From NCBI GenBank assembly GCA_007376485.1, contig VMGJ01000003.1, forward strand, positions 17,252 through 81,251: 64,000 bases of DNA, written 5' to 3'. This DNA comes from Parcubacteria group bacterium Licking1014_17 (GTDB lineage: Bacteria; Patescibacteriota; Minisyncoccia; 2-02-FULL-40-12; IGHO2-01-FULL-4-A). Below are positions 41,663 to 51,699 of the stretch, piece after piece (the first letter of the stretch is position 1; every line of letters begins with the position of its first letter). A model generated the notes under the pieces. It worked only from the letters and a program-made list of their open reading frames with translations, was not told the origin of the DNA and ran no database searches. The translations under genes were made by a program, and so were the position numbers.

Positions 41663-43411
41663 TTATTCGGCAAATTCTATACTAATATCTTTCGCGTCGG
41701 TCAGGGAAAAATAATAATTGGCGGTTTTCTTGTCGCCAAGACCCGAGTACGCCTTGCCTAAAATCAGCAAAACATCCCCATCCCTGGATTCTGCCTTAAT
41801 TTCACTGCCAATAAAAGAGATGGCTTCTTTCGGTTTGCCGGAATTAATTAGGCTTAAAGCGTATACTTTTGTCCGGTATAAACTCGGTTCTTTATGATAT
41901 AAATCCCCGAACAATTCCGCCGCTTCGCCGTATTTTTTCTGGAACATCAGGAGGCGGGCAAGATTCCATTCCGCCGTCTGGTATTCGGGATTAATCTCAA
42001 ACGCTTTTTTGTAATAAGATATGGCGTCGCCGATTCTGCCCTCATGGGCGGCTAACGCGCCTACGACGCTCAAAGTCGGCAAATGCTCGGGGTAAATTGA
42101 ATACGCCTGAATGGCTAAAGGATTGGCTTTATCCCACCGGTTGATTTTCATGTATTCCCGGGAAAGAAGCGCCATCGCATGAACGCTATTTGGCGACTGC
42201 GCCACGGCGCTTTCAAATAAGGTCACATTATTTAACCAATCATTATTGCGATTCACAGTAATAATGACATAAATAATACAAATAAGCCCCAAAAAAGGAT
42301 ATGAAAGATATCTGACCCATTTCTTCCGGGTAATATAAACAATGGTGGTGGCGGTTATAACGGCGATGCCTGCCGATGAAGCATAAAACATCCTTTCGGC
42401 CATTATTGTGCCGATAGGCAAAACGAAATTGGAAACTATAAAATAAAAAGCCAATAAAAGCGCCGCCCCCAGGCCCAGGGCGGTTTTTTTCGTCCGGTCC
42501 CCAAAAATCAGCAAAAGTAATCCGGCAAAAATAAGTAGGCCTAATATAACATAGAGATTAAAAAAATTATTAAGAACCGGAATTTGGTTGTAAGAATAAT
42601 CCGACGAGAGGTGGAATGGAATAAATGTTTTATAGATATAAAGAAGCATTATTTTTAAAGCCGTGAACACGCGCGCCGGCAAAGCCAAAGACGCCAGCGG
42701 GTTATAAACAAAAGCAACCTTAACCGAAAAAATATATTCCTTGAGCGCTATGTACCGCAGAATAAAATAAAGCGCTACCGCTCCCCAATACGGCGCTAAT
42801 TTGTAAAAAACTTCTTTTATGTTTTTGCCCTGACGGATCCACAGCCACCAGACGGCCACCGCTATCAGCCCCAGGCCGCTTTCTTTGGAAAGCATTCCCA
42901 ACAGAAAAAATACCGCCCCCGTCCAATATTTTTCTTTATCTAAAAACAACAGGCTTAAAAGCGAGAAAAATAAGATAAGAACATCCGCCCTACCGGAAAT
43001 GTATGTGACCCCCTCGGTATGTATGGGCATGACAGCGAATAAAATAGAAGATAGATAAGCCAGGCGTTCATCTGAAAACAATTTCCGAGCCAGGACGAAA
43101 ATCAAAAAAATATTCAAGCCGTGAATAATTATATTAACTACGTGGAAGCCGGCCGGATTTGAACCAAATAAATAATTAAAAGCGTAGGAGACCAGGGTGA
43201 AGGGCCTGTAAAGACCAGATTCCGGCTGGTTATAAAATGGTTTGAAAATAAGAGTGGGAATTGAACCTAAACTTCTAATATCCTGGTTTTTTTCTATGGA
43301 TGAATAATCATCAAGAACAAAACCGCCCCCTATGCCATTGCCAAATAAAATAAAGGCCAAAACTATGGCTCCCGTGCATATCAGTAATAGTTTTTTTCTG
43401 TCGGATTTCAT
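41663..43411 (-). CDS. TMTC-like protein O-glycosyltransferase (GT-C plus C-terminal TPR repeats)
   Basis: FVLDD, YRPFT, FHVVNI, HTEGV..ISGRAD, SKE, LSSDY, AERMFY and RNNDW motifs, then TPR-like helices. Confidence 0.85.
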   Translation of the reverse strand: MKSDRKKLLLICTGAIVLAFILFGNGIGGGFVLDDYSSIEKNQDIRSLGSIPTLIFKPFYNQPESGLYRPFTLVSYAFNYLFGSNPAGFHVVNIIIHGLNIFLIFVLARKLFSDERLAYLSSILFAVMPIHTEGVTYISGRADVLILFFSLLSLLFLDKEKYWTGAVFFLLGMLSKESGLGLIAVAVWWLWIRQGKNIKEVFYKLAPYWGAVALYFILRYIALKEYIFSVKVAFVYNPLASLALPARVFTALKIMLLYIYKTFIPFHLSSDYSYNQIPVLNNFFNLYVILGLLIFAGLLLLIFGDRTKKTALGLGAALLLAFYFIVSNFVLPIGTIMAERMFYASSAGIAVITATTIVYITRKKWVRYLSYPFLGLICIIYVIITVNRNNDWLNNVTLFESAVAQSPNSVHAMALLSREYMKINRWDKANPLAIQAYSIYPEHLPTLSVVGALAAHEGRIGDAISYYKKAFEINPEYQTAEWNLARLLMFQKKYGEAAELFGDLYHKEPSLYRTKVYALSLINSGKPKEAISFIGSEIKAESRDGDVLLILGKAYSGLGDKKTANYYFSLTDAKDISIEFAE

Positions 43412-43461
43412 TTTGGAATTGGCGCTTCCAAACCAAGGAATTATGTGATATTTTACATTAT

Positions 43462-44676
43462 ATGGGCTTAATTAGCAAATTGCCGGAACAAAATGTTGGC
43501 ATGAAAAAAAGGGTGCTTTTTATTGTAACGGTATCCGAGTGGGGCGGTGCCCAACAGTTTTTATTCAAGCTTATTCGGGGTTTATCCGGAAAAAATTTGG
43601 AATTTTTGGTGGCTGTGGGGAACGACGGGGACGGAACTTTTTACAATAAACTTGCCGGCATGATTAATGTCGTGACTTTAAAACAGCTAAAAAGAAATAT
43701 CAGTCCTGTCAGCGACATAAGGGCTCTTTGGGAAATCAAAAATCTGATTGAGCACTGGGAGCCGGACACGGTTTTTCTGAACAGCTCCATAGCGGGCTTC
43801 ATCGGTTCGGCGGCAGTCAGATTTTTGGTAAAGTCCCCCAAGCCCAGAGTTATCTATCGCATCGGCGGATGGGTTTTCAACGACCCCAAGCCAAAATGGG
43901 AACGATGGCTGTATATCTTGCTTGAAAAAATAAGCTCGCGCTGGAAAGACGTAATTGTCGTCAATAATCTGCCTGATTACAGACAAGCCGATAAATACGG
44001 GATTAAACCGCGTGAGAAACTGGAGTTGGTTTATAACGGCATTGATCCCTATACTTTAGACCTTCTCCCAAAAGAAGAAGCCCGTGGATTGATTCTTGAC
44101 CGCATCGCGAAAAAAACGCCCGCGGCTTACAACCCCGCCTATATTGTCGGGACAATAGCCAATTTTTATAAGACCAAGGGTCTTGAATACCTGGTCAGAA
44201 GCGCGAAATTGCTGCTTGATAAAATTAGAGAAAGAGATACCGGACTGAAAATTCTCTATGTAATAATCGGCGACGGCGAAGAGAGGATGAATCTGGAAAA
44301 AACGATAAAGGAGCTGAATCTCAAAGATAATGTCTTTTTATTCGGCAGAGTTGAAAACGCGCACCGTTACCTGCCGGCATTCGATGTTTTTGTTTTGCCG
44401 TCATTAAAAGAGGGTCATCCTTGGGCGCTTATTGAAGCAATGGCGGCGAAAATCCCCGCGGTTGTAACTTCCGTTGGGGCAAATATTGATATTATCGAAA
44501 ACGGGAAAAACGGGCTGTTAGTGCCCCCGGGAAATTCCGAAGCTCTCGCGGAAGCCGTTGAATTAATGCTCTTGAACGAACATTTAAGATTAAAAGTGGC
44601 TATCGGAGCCCATCAGACGATAGTCCTGAATTTCGACCTCAATAAAATGGTCTCAAGAATCGAATCCTTATTGTAG
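43462..44676 (+). CDS. GT4 glycosyltransferase
   Basis: WGGAQ, KGLEYL and PSLKEGHPWALIEAMAA motifs. Confidence 0.9.
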   Translation: MGLISKLPEQNVGMKKRVLFIVTVSEWGGAQQFLFKLIRGLSGKNLEFLVAVGNDGDGTFYNKLAGMINVVTLKQLKRNISPVSDIRALWEIKNLIEHWEPDTVFLNSSIAGFIGSAAVRFLVKSPKPRVIYRIGGWVFNDPKPKWERWLYILLEKISSRWKDVIVVNNLPDYRQADKYGIKPREKLELVYNGIDPYTLDLLPKEEARGLILDRIAKKTPAAYNPAYIVGTIANFYKTKGLEYLVRSAKLLLDKIRERDTGLKILYVIIGDGEERMNLEKTIKELNLKDNVFLFGRVENAHRYLPAFDVFVLPSLKEGHPWALIEAMAAKIPAVVTSVGANIDIIENGKNGLLVPPGNSEALAEAVELMLLNEHLRLKVAIGAHQTIVLNFDLNKMVSRIESLL

Positions 44677-44677
44677 T

Positions 44678-45256
44678 CTAATAAGCAATACTAATTATCG
44701 TTTCGCCGGAGCATTGGGATTCGAATATTTTCAAGTCGCCGTTCACAAACTTGCCGTAAGTAACACGCGCGGTAAGAGAATATTGTTTATAGGGCGCAAT
44801 ATCCTTTTTCATGGTGGCGGTAATATCGTGCTCGCCATCGGGTATTTTCAGGCCTGAAAATATATTCGGACCGACATCAAAGTCCGCTCTGGGTTTAATG
44901 TCCCAGTAAACAAGCCTGCTCGGATGGTCTATATTTTTATAACTTATTTTCGCGTTCGTGCTCTGATAAGTATTTGGGGATATGTACGTAATAATGCCCG
45001 AAATCGAGCAGATTGCCGCGGGAAGATTGCCAATCATTGTATTGACGGGAACGGTCGGCATTGGTCTCGGGGATGTTGGGGCTGGCGAAGGACTCTTTGA
45101 GTCCGGCTTGGGCGGCGTACTGAATGAGATTATTGCTGATGGGTTCGGCGATTCCTCGGCAGGATTTTGTTCTTCTTTTGAAAAATAGGCTGCAATAATC
45201 AAGAAAACTCCCACTATCAAAACTAATAACCAAAATATTTTAATTCTGTTGCTCAT
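44678..45256 (-). CDS. Membrane-anchored/secreted hypothetical protein with Pro-rich linker
   Basis: N-terminal TM, P/S/T-rich stretch, beta-rich C-terminal domain with two Cys. Confidence 0.7.
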   Translation of the reverse strand: MSNRIKIFWLLVLIVGVFLIIAAYFSKEEQNPAEESPNPSAIISFSTPPKPDSKSPSPAPTSPRPMPTVPVNTMIGNLPAAICSISGIITYISPNTYQSTNAKISYKNIDHPSRLVYWDIKPRADFDVGPNIFSGLKIPDGEHDITATMKKDIAPYKQYSLTARVTYGKFVNGDLKIFESQCSGETIISIAY

Positions 45257-45301
45257 AGCTTATTTAATACACAAAAAACATCAAAATACAAGCCGCCCCC
45301 C

Positions 45302-45371
45302 AACCAAAAACCGCCTTTCGGCGGTTTTTGGTTTGCATAACCCCGTGTTGAGGTTATGGCGCCTATGCTTA
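45302..45371 (-). terminator. Intrinsic terminator plus second hairpin; copy 1 of a 70-bp direct repeat
   Basis: AACCAAAAACCGCC-TTTC-GGCGGTTTTTGGTT stem and CATAACC..GGTTATG stem; identical to 47597-47666. Confidence 0.85.
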
Positions 45372-47486
45372 CAGCTTCGAGAATGTTGGACCGTTCATCG
45401 GGAGGGTTCTTAATATGCCGGCCGTTGAGCCCGTAGCTTGGTTACCAGACGTCCAATTGATTAAACCATTTTGATTATCTCTCAATGCCAACTGAAAGAA
45501 ATCTCTCCTATGGGGAAACCCCGAAAAATTAATTTCAATCCGATACGTTCTGGAACTTCCGGCGCTGATTTCAATATCGTTGCCCGGCGGCAAAAAATCC
45601 AGGATTAGCGGCGCATAAACATTGGGATTGTCCCCGGCTCCTCTTATCGTATCAACGCTTTTGATAGTGCCGTCACTCGCATCATAGGTGGTAGCGACCA
45701 AATCAGTCGCCGCAGAATCACCGGAAGCCACAGCGTCAAAAACAATCGAGCCCGCCGGCAATGAACTGTTATCAAGCCATAATACCGAGTCTGGCGCGCC
45801 CATTGCCGTTATCGTAAACTTAATAACATCATTGGTGTTAACGGGTTCATAGCCGCTGGTCGGTACCATATGAAATTCCGGATAAACCTGGTAAACATAT
45901 ATGTCATTGCTTTTTACGTCATTTATACCCGGAGAGGCGCCATTAAGAACCTGGCCTGAAATTTCGCCAACCGCCCGAAAACTGTCGGTAGTTGAACCTT
46001 TATAATTATCGGAGAAATCAATGGAAAAAAACTTATTATTGGTCGCACCCTGCGATTTGGTTTTGAGATCGGCTTTAACCAATAATTCAGCGGAGGAGTC
46101 CTTGGGTATGTAAGGTCTTGAGTCGCCGGTAAAGGCAAAAATAGCGACACCGCTCGAGTCCGGCATGGCATTTTGGGTCAACTCCTGGCCACTTTTGTTT
46201 TTATAAACAATAGTCGTGTTCGCTACATTGCCGGCAAAATTGATCTTCTCATTAGCGTCCAGCGGCGTGAGTGTTACGCGCTCGATAAAAAAAGCGTCGT
46301 TGCCGGAGGTCACTCTGAATCTGCTGAATTCCGTACCTGTCTGTCCCCAGAACTTAGCCCCGCGCGTTGGCGTCATGGGTGATTGTGAGATATTAAGGAT
46401 TCCAGAACTACCCACAGTTACAATTATCTTTGGGTTAGTAATCCCATTGGGCGGTGCGTCATATGATGCGTGTACTACTCCCCCGACATCATCCGTACCC
46501 GTAATATCCGTGGTAGATTCGATATCAAAGGATAGTGAATCGCTGGAACCAGAAGTGGCGTTTGATGATATATCCCCTTTTACTAATAACCTTTTCGTCG
46601 TACCAGCAGAGATAGTCCAATTGCACGCGCTAAACTGGATAGTGCTGACTGACAAGCTAAGGTTATTAGCCGTTATTATGCAATCCAAAGGCTTACTGGT
46701 ATCGCCTTCAAAAAGCCGAATGGCTGTTATCCTATCGCCTATTGATAAGCCATCATCATTTTGGGGCAGGCTTAGGGATTTCGCGAAAATCATTCCATCA
46801 TCCGAAATATAGCCGGTAAGTTTTATGTCGGTAACATTTACACTGGTACTATCCACGGCGGTAAAGTTTACGCCAAGCATTTCCACGTTGGTGGCCCCTT
46901 TTGCGTAGATTCCGGACTTGGGGTTATCCGCGGGAGTTAGAATTAGCGGACCGCTTAAAACGGGATTTTTCCTAACGACCTCCACTTTATTTACATAGAG
47001 AATCGGCTGGGAAAGTACCGAAGAGCCGGCCAGCAGGCGTATGGTCATTTTATGCCTGCCATCGGCAAAACTTACGCTCTGGCTGTATTTTTTCCACGTA
47101 GCGTTATTATCCACGGTGAAGGTCCGGTAGTTTCTCCCGTCAACTGACAATGCCATTTTAGGCCATTGCTTCAGGGTAGTCCCGGTAGGCTCACCCTCTG
47201 CATAAATATCAACGCTGTAACTCGCCGTGCTTTCAAAATCAAAAGTTTGGGACATCCAACTACTGCCTTTCATCATCACCGTCCCCGAGGCGGTTGATTG
47301 ACATTTAACATACCCGCTTTTTGATTCAATAAATTTGCAACCGCTGACTATGGTTGATGCGTCTTCGGCTGGTATTTGAATCAGCGCCAATTGTCTGCCG
47401 GGTATGTCGGTAAATCCGATAAACAAAAGAAACGCGGCAATAATAACCGCATAACCCGTAATTATAAGAAAATTTTTCTTAAACAT
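45369..47486 (-). CDS. S-layer-like surface protein paralog with a putative N-terminal carbohydrate-binding beta-sandwich
   Basis: Signal/TM at the N-terminus; C-terminal ~520 aa collinear with the upstream gene (WGQTGTEFSRFR, SRPYIPKDSSA, LPMNGPTxSKL). Confidence 0.7.
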   Translation of the reverse strand: MFKKNFLIITGYAVIIAAFLLFIGFTDIPGRQLALIQIPAEDASTIVSGCKFIESKSGYVKCQSTASGTVMMKGSSWMSQTFDFESTASYSVDIYAEGEPTGTTLKQWPKMALSVDGRNYRTFTVDNNATWKKYSQSVSFADGRHKMTIRLLAGSSVLSQPILYVNKVEVVRKNPVLSGPLILTPADNPKSGIYAKGATNVEMLGVNFTAVDSTSVNVTDIKLTGYISDDGMIFAKSLSLPQNDDGLSIGDRITAIRLFEGDTSKPLDCIITANNLSLSVSTIQFSACNWTISAGTTKRLLVKGDISSNATSGSSDSLSFDIESTTDITGTDDVGGVVHASYDAPPNGITNPKIIVTVGSSGILNISQSPMTPTRGAKFWGQTGTEFSRFRVTSGNDAFFIERVTLTPLDANEKINFAGNVANTTIVYKNKSGQELTQNAMPDSSGVAIFAFTGDSRPYIPKDSSAELLVKADLKTKSQGATNNKFFSIDFSDNYKGSTTDSFRAVGEISGQVLNGASPGINDVKSNDIYVYQVYPEFHMVPTSGYEPVNTNDVIKFTITAMGAPDSVLWLDNSSLPAGSIVFDAVASGDSAATDLVATTYDASDGTIKSVDTIRGAGDNPNVYAPLILDFLPPGNDIEISAGSSRTYRIEINFSGFPHRRDFFQLALRDNQNGLINWTSGNQATGSTAGILRTLPMNGPTFSKL

Positions 47487-47593
47487 AAGTGTAACTTTTG
47501 GCCGGCAAGGCGGTTTTTATGCTACGTATCGCCGGCAAATTAGTTGTATGCCACTAATTATATATTAAAAAATAAAAAACTTATTCACAGATG

Positions 47594-47666
47594 GCAAACC
47601 AAAAACCGCCTTTCGGCGGTTTTTGGTTTGCATAACCCCGTGTTGAGGTTATGGCGCCTATGCTTA
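47594..47666 (-). terminator. Intrinsic terminator (17-bp perfect stem) plus second hairpin; copy 2 of the 70-bp direct repeat
   Basis: GCAAACCAAAAACCGCC-TTTC-GGCGGTTTTTGGTTTGC just after the stop of the 1217-aa gene. Confidence 0.88.
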
Positions 47667-50600
47667 TAGCTTCGAGAGCGTTGGTCCGTTCATCGGGAGC
47701 AAGCGCAGCGTGCTGGTCGTTGAAGCAGTGTCGGCATCCGCAAGCGAACCGGCTGAATCAGCAACCCAGTTAATCAAGCCGTTTACGTCATCGCGCAAGA
47801 TCAATTGGAAGTAGTCTGATTTGTCATTGAAGCCGGAGAATCCAACTTCAATGCGGAATGTCTTGGATGTGCCACCCGAGATTTCAACGTCTTTGCCGGG
47901 CGACCCGAAGTCCAAAGTCAGCGACGCATAGTAAGACGGACTGTCGCCAACCGCGGAAATCGTGTCCGAACTGATAACCGAACCGTCGGCCATGTCATAG
48001 GTCGTAGCCGTCAGGTTTGTCGTTGTCGTATCACCCGAAGCGACGGCTTCAAACTTGATTGAGCCGGAACCAGTAGCAAGGTTGTCGAAGTACAGCTTGG
48101 AATCGGAAAGACCCATGGCTGTAATCGTGAACTTCAGCACGTCCTTGGTACCCAAAGGCTCGCCGGCGGAGATAGCCACCTGGTCAAGCTTTGGAAACAC
48201 ACGGTAGACGTACATATTGTTGCCTTGCTTGGCGGCAGCCGCGGCATCAATGATACCGGTTGACGCACCATCAATAACTTGGCTTGAGCCGGCGCCAATC
48301 GCTCTGAAACCGTTGGCGGTTGAACCGTTGTAGGTCTTAGAGAAGTCGATTGAGAAGGCAACGTTGTTGGTCGCGCCTGACGACTTGGTCTTCAGGTCCG
48401 CCTTCACAATAAGGTCGGCGCTCGAGTCCTTAGGAATATAAGGCCTGCTGGTGCCGGCAAACGCGAAGGAGACCGAACCAGCCGAGTTAGGCGAAGCGCT
48501 CTGGGTCAGAAGGTTACCGAGAGCATCGGTGTAAGTCACCGAAATGTTATTCACATTATTAACCTCGTTGGTTGATTCACCCGAAGCGCTGGCAATCAAC
48601 GTGAAGCGTTCAATGTAGAAAGCCTCATTCGTAGAAGTCAGCCTGAATCTGCTGAATTCGGTGCCGGTCTGGCCCCAATACTTAGCTTCTTGAGACGGGG
48701 TGGATGGCGATAGCGAAATCGTCATGGAGCCGGTATTGTTGACCCTTATTTTCACAGTCGGCGATGCGGCGGCGCCGTTCGGAAGAGTCGCGTCCGCGTT
48801 CACCGTCTGGCTGGAATCGTCAAGGGCTGTTATATCGGTCGTAGCGGCGACATTAAACGCTATGCCGTCATACGTACTGGACGGAGTGTTCGTCGAGAGG
48901 TCGCCCTTAACCAAGAGTTTCTTGGTCGCGCCGGCAGGAATAGACCAGTTGCAGTTGTTGAACTGAATGGTGCTTGTTGACGAACTTAGATTGTTTGCAA
49001 CCATGACGCAGGATAACGCTGTCCCTGCATCGCCGTCGTACAGCTTAACTCCCGACACTAGATTGCCGACTGACATTGTGGCATCGGCGTCGGATAGGCC
49101 CAGCGACTTGGCGAAGGTCGAGTTGTCATCCGAAACATAACCGGTAAGAGTTATATCGGTGACTTTCAGACTTGAACCAAGAGCCGCCTTGAAGGTCAAG
49201 CCAAGCAAATCAACATTGGCAGTTCCCTTAACATAGGTCGAGCTCTTTGGGTCGCCGGCAAGACCGAGCGTCAATGACGATGTTGAAACCGTCATAGCAT
49301 TGCCGCTTATATCACCGGACGGACTAAAGTCAGCCAAAACGACGGCAGTGTTGGTGCCGCTGTACTTGGCAACAGTCAAGTCGCCGGATGAAGTAGCAAG
49401 AGTGCCGTAGCCGTAGAGAATCGCTTTGATAATACTGTTGTTGGCTATGGCAAGAGTTCCGCTGTTAGATGTCTTGAGGTCGGCGGTTACCTGAAGGGTC
49501 TTGGTCTCTCCGGTAAGCATTTCCATGGTATCAGTGAAATCCTTATAGAGACCGTTCTTGGAACCCGGGCAGGCCGCTGTTATAGCGATAAAGGCAGAAC
49601 CGTCGGAAGGACCGACAAAAACCGTACCCGTGCTCTTGTCTTTAACCTTGATGTCTTCAAGGTCGGTAACGTTTTGCGCCGCGCTGTAGTCATCATAAGT
49701 GCCATCGCCGTTGATGTCCGTGCAGATAACGATTCTGTGCTTTTTTAGCTCAATGGCCTTAGCGGCATTGATTGTGTATTCTAACAGCACATTATCCTGC
49801 GAATTGTCGGCAATATTGGAAGCCGAAGGACCGGAAAAACTCAAAGTGATTACTCCGCCTTGCAGTGTTATGGCATCAGCATCGGATGCGGTCTCAAGCC
49901 CGTTATTGGCCGAAGATAAAGCCATACCAAAACCATATTGATCGCCAACAACATAAACATCAGAATTCAGCTCAAAGTAGAGCTCAACTGTCTCGGCTTT
50001 CTTGCCGCCCAAGTTTCCGTAAACCTGGAATATTTTGTTGTTGCCTTTCTCAATCTTCACGCCCGAACCGAGGTCAAACACCACATAGCCGTTTGACATA
50101 TAACCATCGGCTACTTTCGAACCGCCGGTTTCAAGCGCTAGGCCGGTGATGTCGGCATCCTTTACGGTGCCGTTGTTAATTAATCTCAATCCCCTTACCC
50201 AGCCGGCTTCCGTGGCAGTCGTAATCTTGAATTCGGAAAGTTTGACATGCTGGGCTCCGACATTCGGATTGGAAAGCGAGCCCGATTTGGCAACAGTAAG
50301 AGTGCCACCGTCGCTTCCCGACATTGTGAAGTTAGCGCCAACAATCGGGAAATATCCGCCAAGCGTGCCCGAGGACAAAATTACGTCACCGGACGAAACA
50401 ATATCGAAGTGATTAACATTTCCCCCGGTCGCACTGAGGTCGGCTTTAACTGTAAGGTCTTTTGTGCCATTAACCGAGATGCCCAAGCTGACAAAAGTAA
50501 CCTTACCTGTTGACGAAGACAAACTTTTACCTGAAGTCAGACGGTTGGAACCATCATAGATGTAAACGTTGTCAATATCATCTACGGAACCAGCACCATT

Positions 50601-51293
50601 GCGAGTGATTGTAATGCTGGAAACAGTGCCGGTACCGGTCAATCTGATCTTGGTAAAAGCGATGCCTTGGGCGTTCTTGGTAACGGTTTGACCAGCCGGA
50701 GTGTCGGGAGATAAAGCAACATTAACATTCCCCGCTACCGGCGGTATTGTTGAACCCGGTGTTCTTGTGTAAACGGGAATCTGCGACAAAGAGGTATAAG
50801 GAGTTGAGCTTTTCGGGTACCAACTTTCCTCCCTTGTATTTATGCAGAATACTTTCTTGAAGAAATCGGGGTCTTGCGCCACCGCGTCGCCGCCAGTCAT
50901 CTGGACGGGGTGAAATACGCCGGTATCTTCGCCGGTTACTTCAACCGCCCAAACTTGCTGGGCATTGGTTTCACAATTTCGATACAACCCAGAGGTCGGG
51001 AAAGCATCTCTGACCGTGGGGGTAACATTCTTAACATTGGCAAAACCGCCCAAGTGGGCGTACATGCCAAATATGGCAGGATTCAAAAACAATCTCTTGA
51101 ATCCCAAGTCGTTGACAATATAGACGTCCGGATCGCTGGAGCCGGCAGCACTGATAGTGTTGCCCTCTGTTAATCCGTAGTCGCTCGGTTTGGCTGCGCC
51201 AGCATTTCTGGCTGTCACAAAGATCAAACCGACGGCGAGCACAACGACAAACGCCGCCGCTATAAACGGTAATGATTTTCTTAAATTACTCAT
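47664..51293 (-). CDS. Large secreted S-layer-like protein with tandem Ig-like beta-sandwich domains (likely start 51293, MSNLRK)
   Basis: Signal peptide; very S/T/G/A-rich; recurring (T)K.L.VKADL domain motif; visibly distinct codon usage; own promoter and terminator. Confidence 0.75.
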   Translation of the reverse strand: MSNLRKSLPFIAAAFVVVLAVGLIFVTARNAGAAKPSDYGLTEGNTISAAGSSDPDVYIVNDLGFKRLFLNPAIFGMYAHLGGFANVKNVTPTVRDAFPTSGLYRNCETNAQQVWAVEVTGEDTGVFHPVQMTGGDAVAQDPDFFKKVFCINTREESWYPKSSTPYTSLSQIPVYTRTPGSTIPPVAGNVNVALSPDTPAGQTVTKNAQGIAFTKIRLTGTGTVSSITITRNGAGSVDDIDNVYIYDGSNRLTSGKSLSSSTGKVTFVSLGISVNGTKDLTVKADLSATGGNVNHFDIVSSGDVILSSGTLGGYFPIVGANFTMSGSDGGTLTVAKSGSLSNPNVGAQHVKLSEFKITTATEAGWVRGLRLINNGTVKDADITGLALETGGSKVADGYMSNGYVVFDLGSGVKIEKGNNKIFQVYGNLGGKKAETVELYFELNSDVYVVGDQYGFGMALSSANNGLETASDADAITLQGGVITLSFSGPSASNIADNSQDNVLLEYTINAAKAIELKKHRIVICTDINGDGTYDDYSAAQNVTDLEDIKVKDKSTGTVFVGPSDGSAFIAITAACPGSKNGLYKDFTDTMEMLTGETKTLQVTADLKTSNSGTLAIANNSIIKAILYGYGTLATSSGDLTVAKYSGTNTAVVLADFSPSGDISGNAMTVSTSSLTLGLAGDPKSSTYVKGTANVDLLGLTFKAALGSSLKVTDITLTGYVSDDNSTFAKSLGLSDADATMSVGNLVSGVKLYDGDAGTALSCVMVANNLSSSTSTIQFNNCNWSIPAGATKKLLVKGDLSTNTPSSTYDGIAFNVAATTDITALDDSSQTVNADATLPNGAAASPTVKIRVNNTGSMTISLSPSTPSQEAKYWGQTGTEFSRFRLTSTNEAFYIERFTLIASASGESTNEVNNVNNISVTYTDALGNLLTQSASPNSAGSVSFAFAGTSRPYIPKDSSADLIVKADLKTKSSGATNNVAFSIDFSKTYNGSTANGFRAIGAGSSQVIDGASTGIIDAAAAAKQGNNMYVYRVFPKLDQVAISAGEPLGTKDVLKFTITAMGLSDSKLYFDNLATGSGSIKFEAVASGDTTTTNLTATTYDMADGSVISSDTISAVGDSPSYYASLTLDFGSPGKDVEISGGTSKTFRIEVGFSGFNDKSDYFQLILRDDVNGLINWVADSAGSLADADTASTTSTLRLLPMNGPTLSKL

Positions 51294-51699
51294 GTGTATT
51301 ATTATTTCCATTCTCATCGCCAGCAGGATTTATAATCCTGATGCCGACAAGAGATTAATCCCTAACGCCTTTACGGGTTCTCTCTGTTATGTTCAGTTGC
51401 AAACCCGGAGTCTGGCCGCGTTATCGCTGGAAGCTGTTTTAATAGTTTTTATATTGCAGCTGCCAGTCTTGCCCCGACCGCTTAAGACTCTTATTTGGGA
51501 ACCTTATAAATTAACTCCTGGCATTCCAAACAACATTCATCAGATTTTAAGCCATTTTCTAGCCAGCCTCGAATATCGGTTTTTAGCCCATATCCGGGGC
51601 AGACTAGTAAAAAACTCACCTCTTTTAGGCTACTAAAAACAATCCAATAATCGCGTAAATTATAGATTTTTTCATCTTTTTACCCGTTTGCTCTTGCAG

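Noticed and set aside
45369-51317. Diversity-generating retroelement template/variable repeat pair at the S-layer 3' ends
   Set aside because: No reverse transcriptase in the window, differences are not confined to adenines, and the identical part is mostly non-coding
51190-51636. 148-aa plus-strand ORF
   Set aside because: Antisense to the S-layer start and leader, with no protein-like motifs
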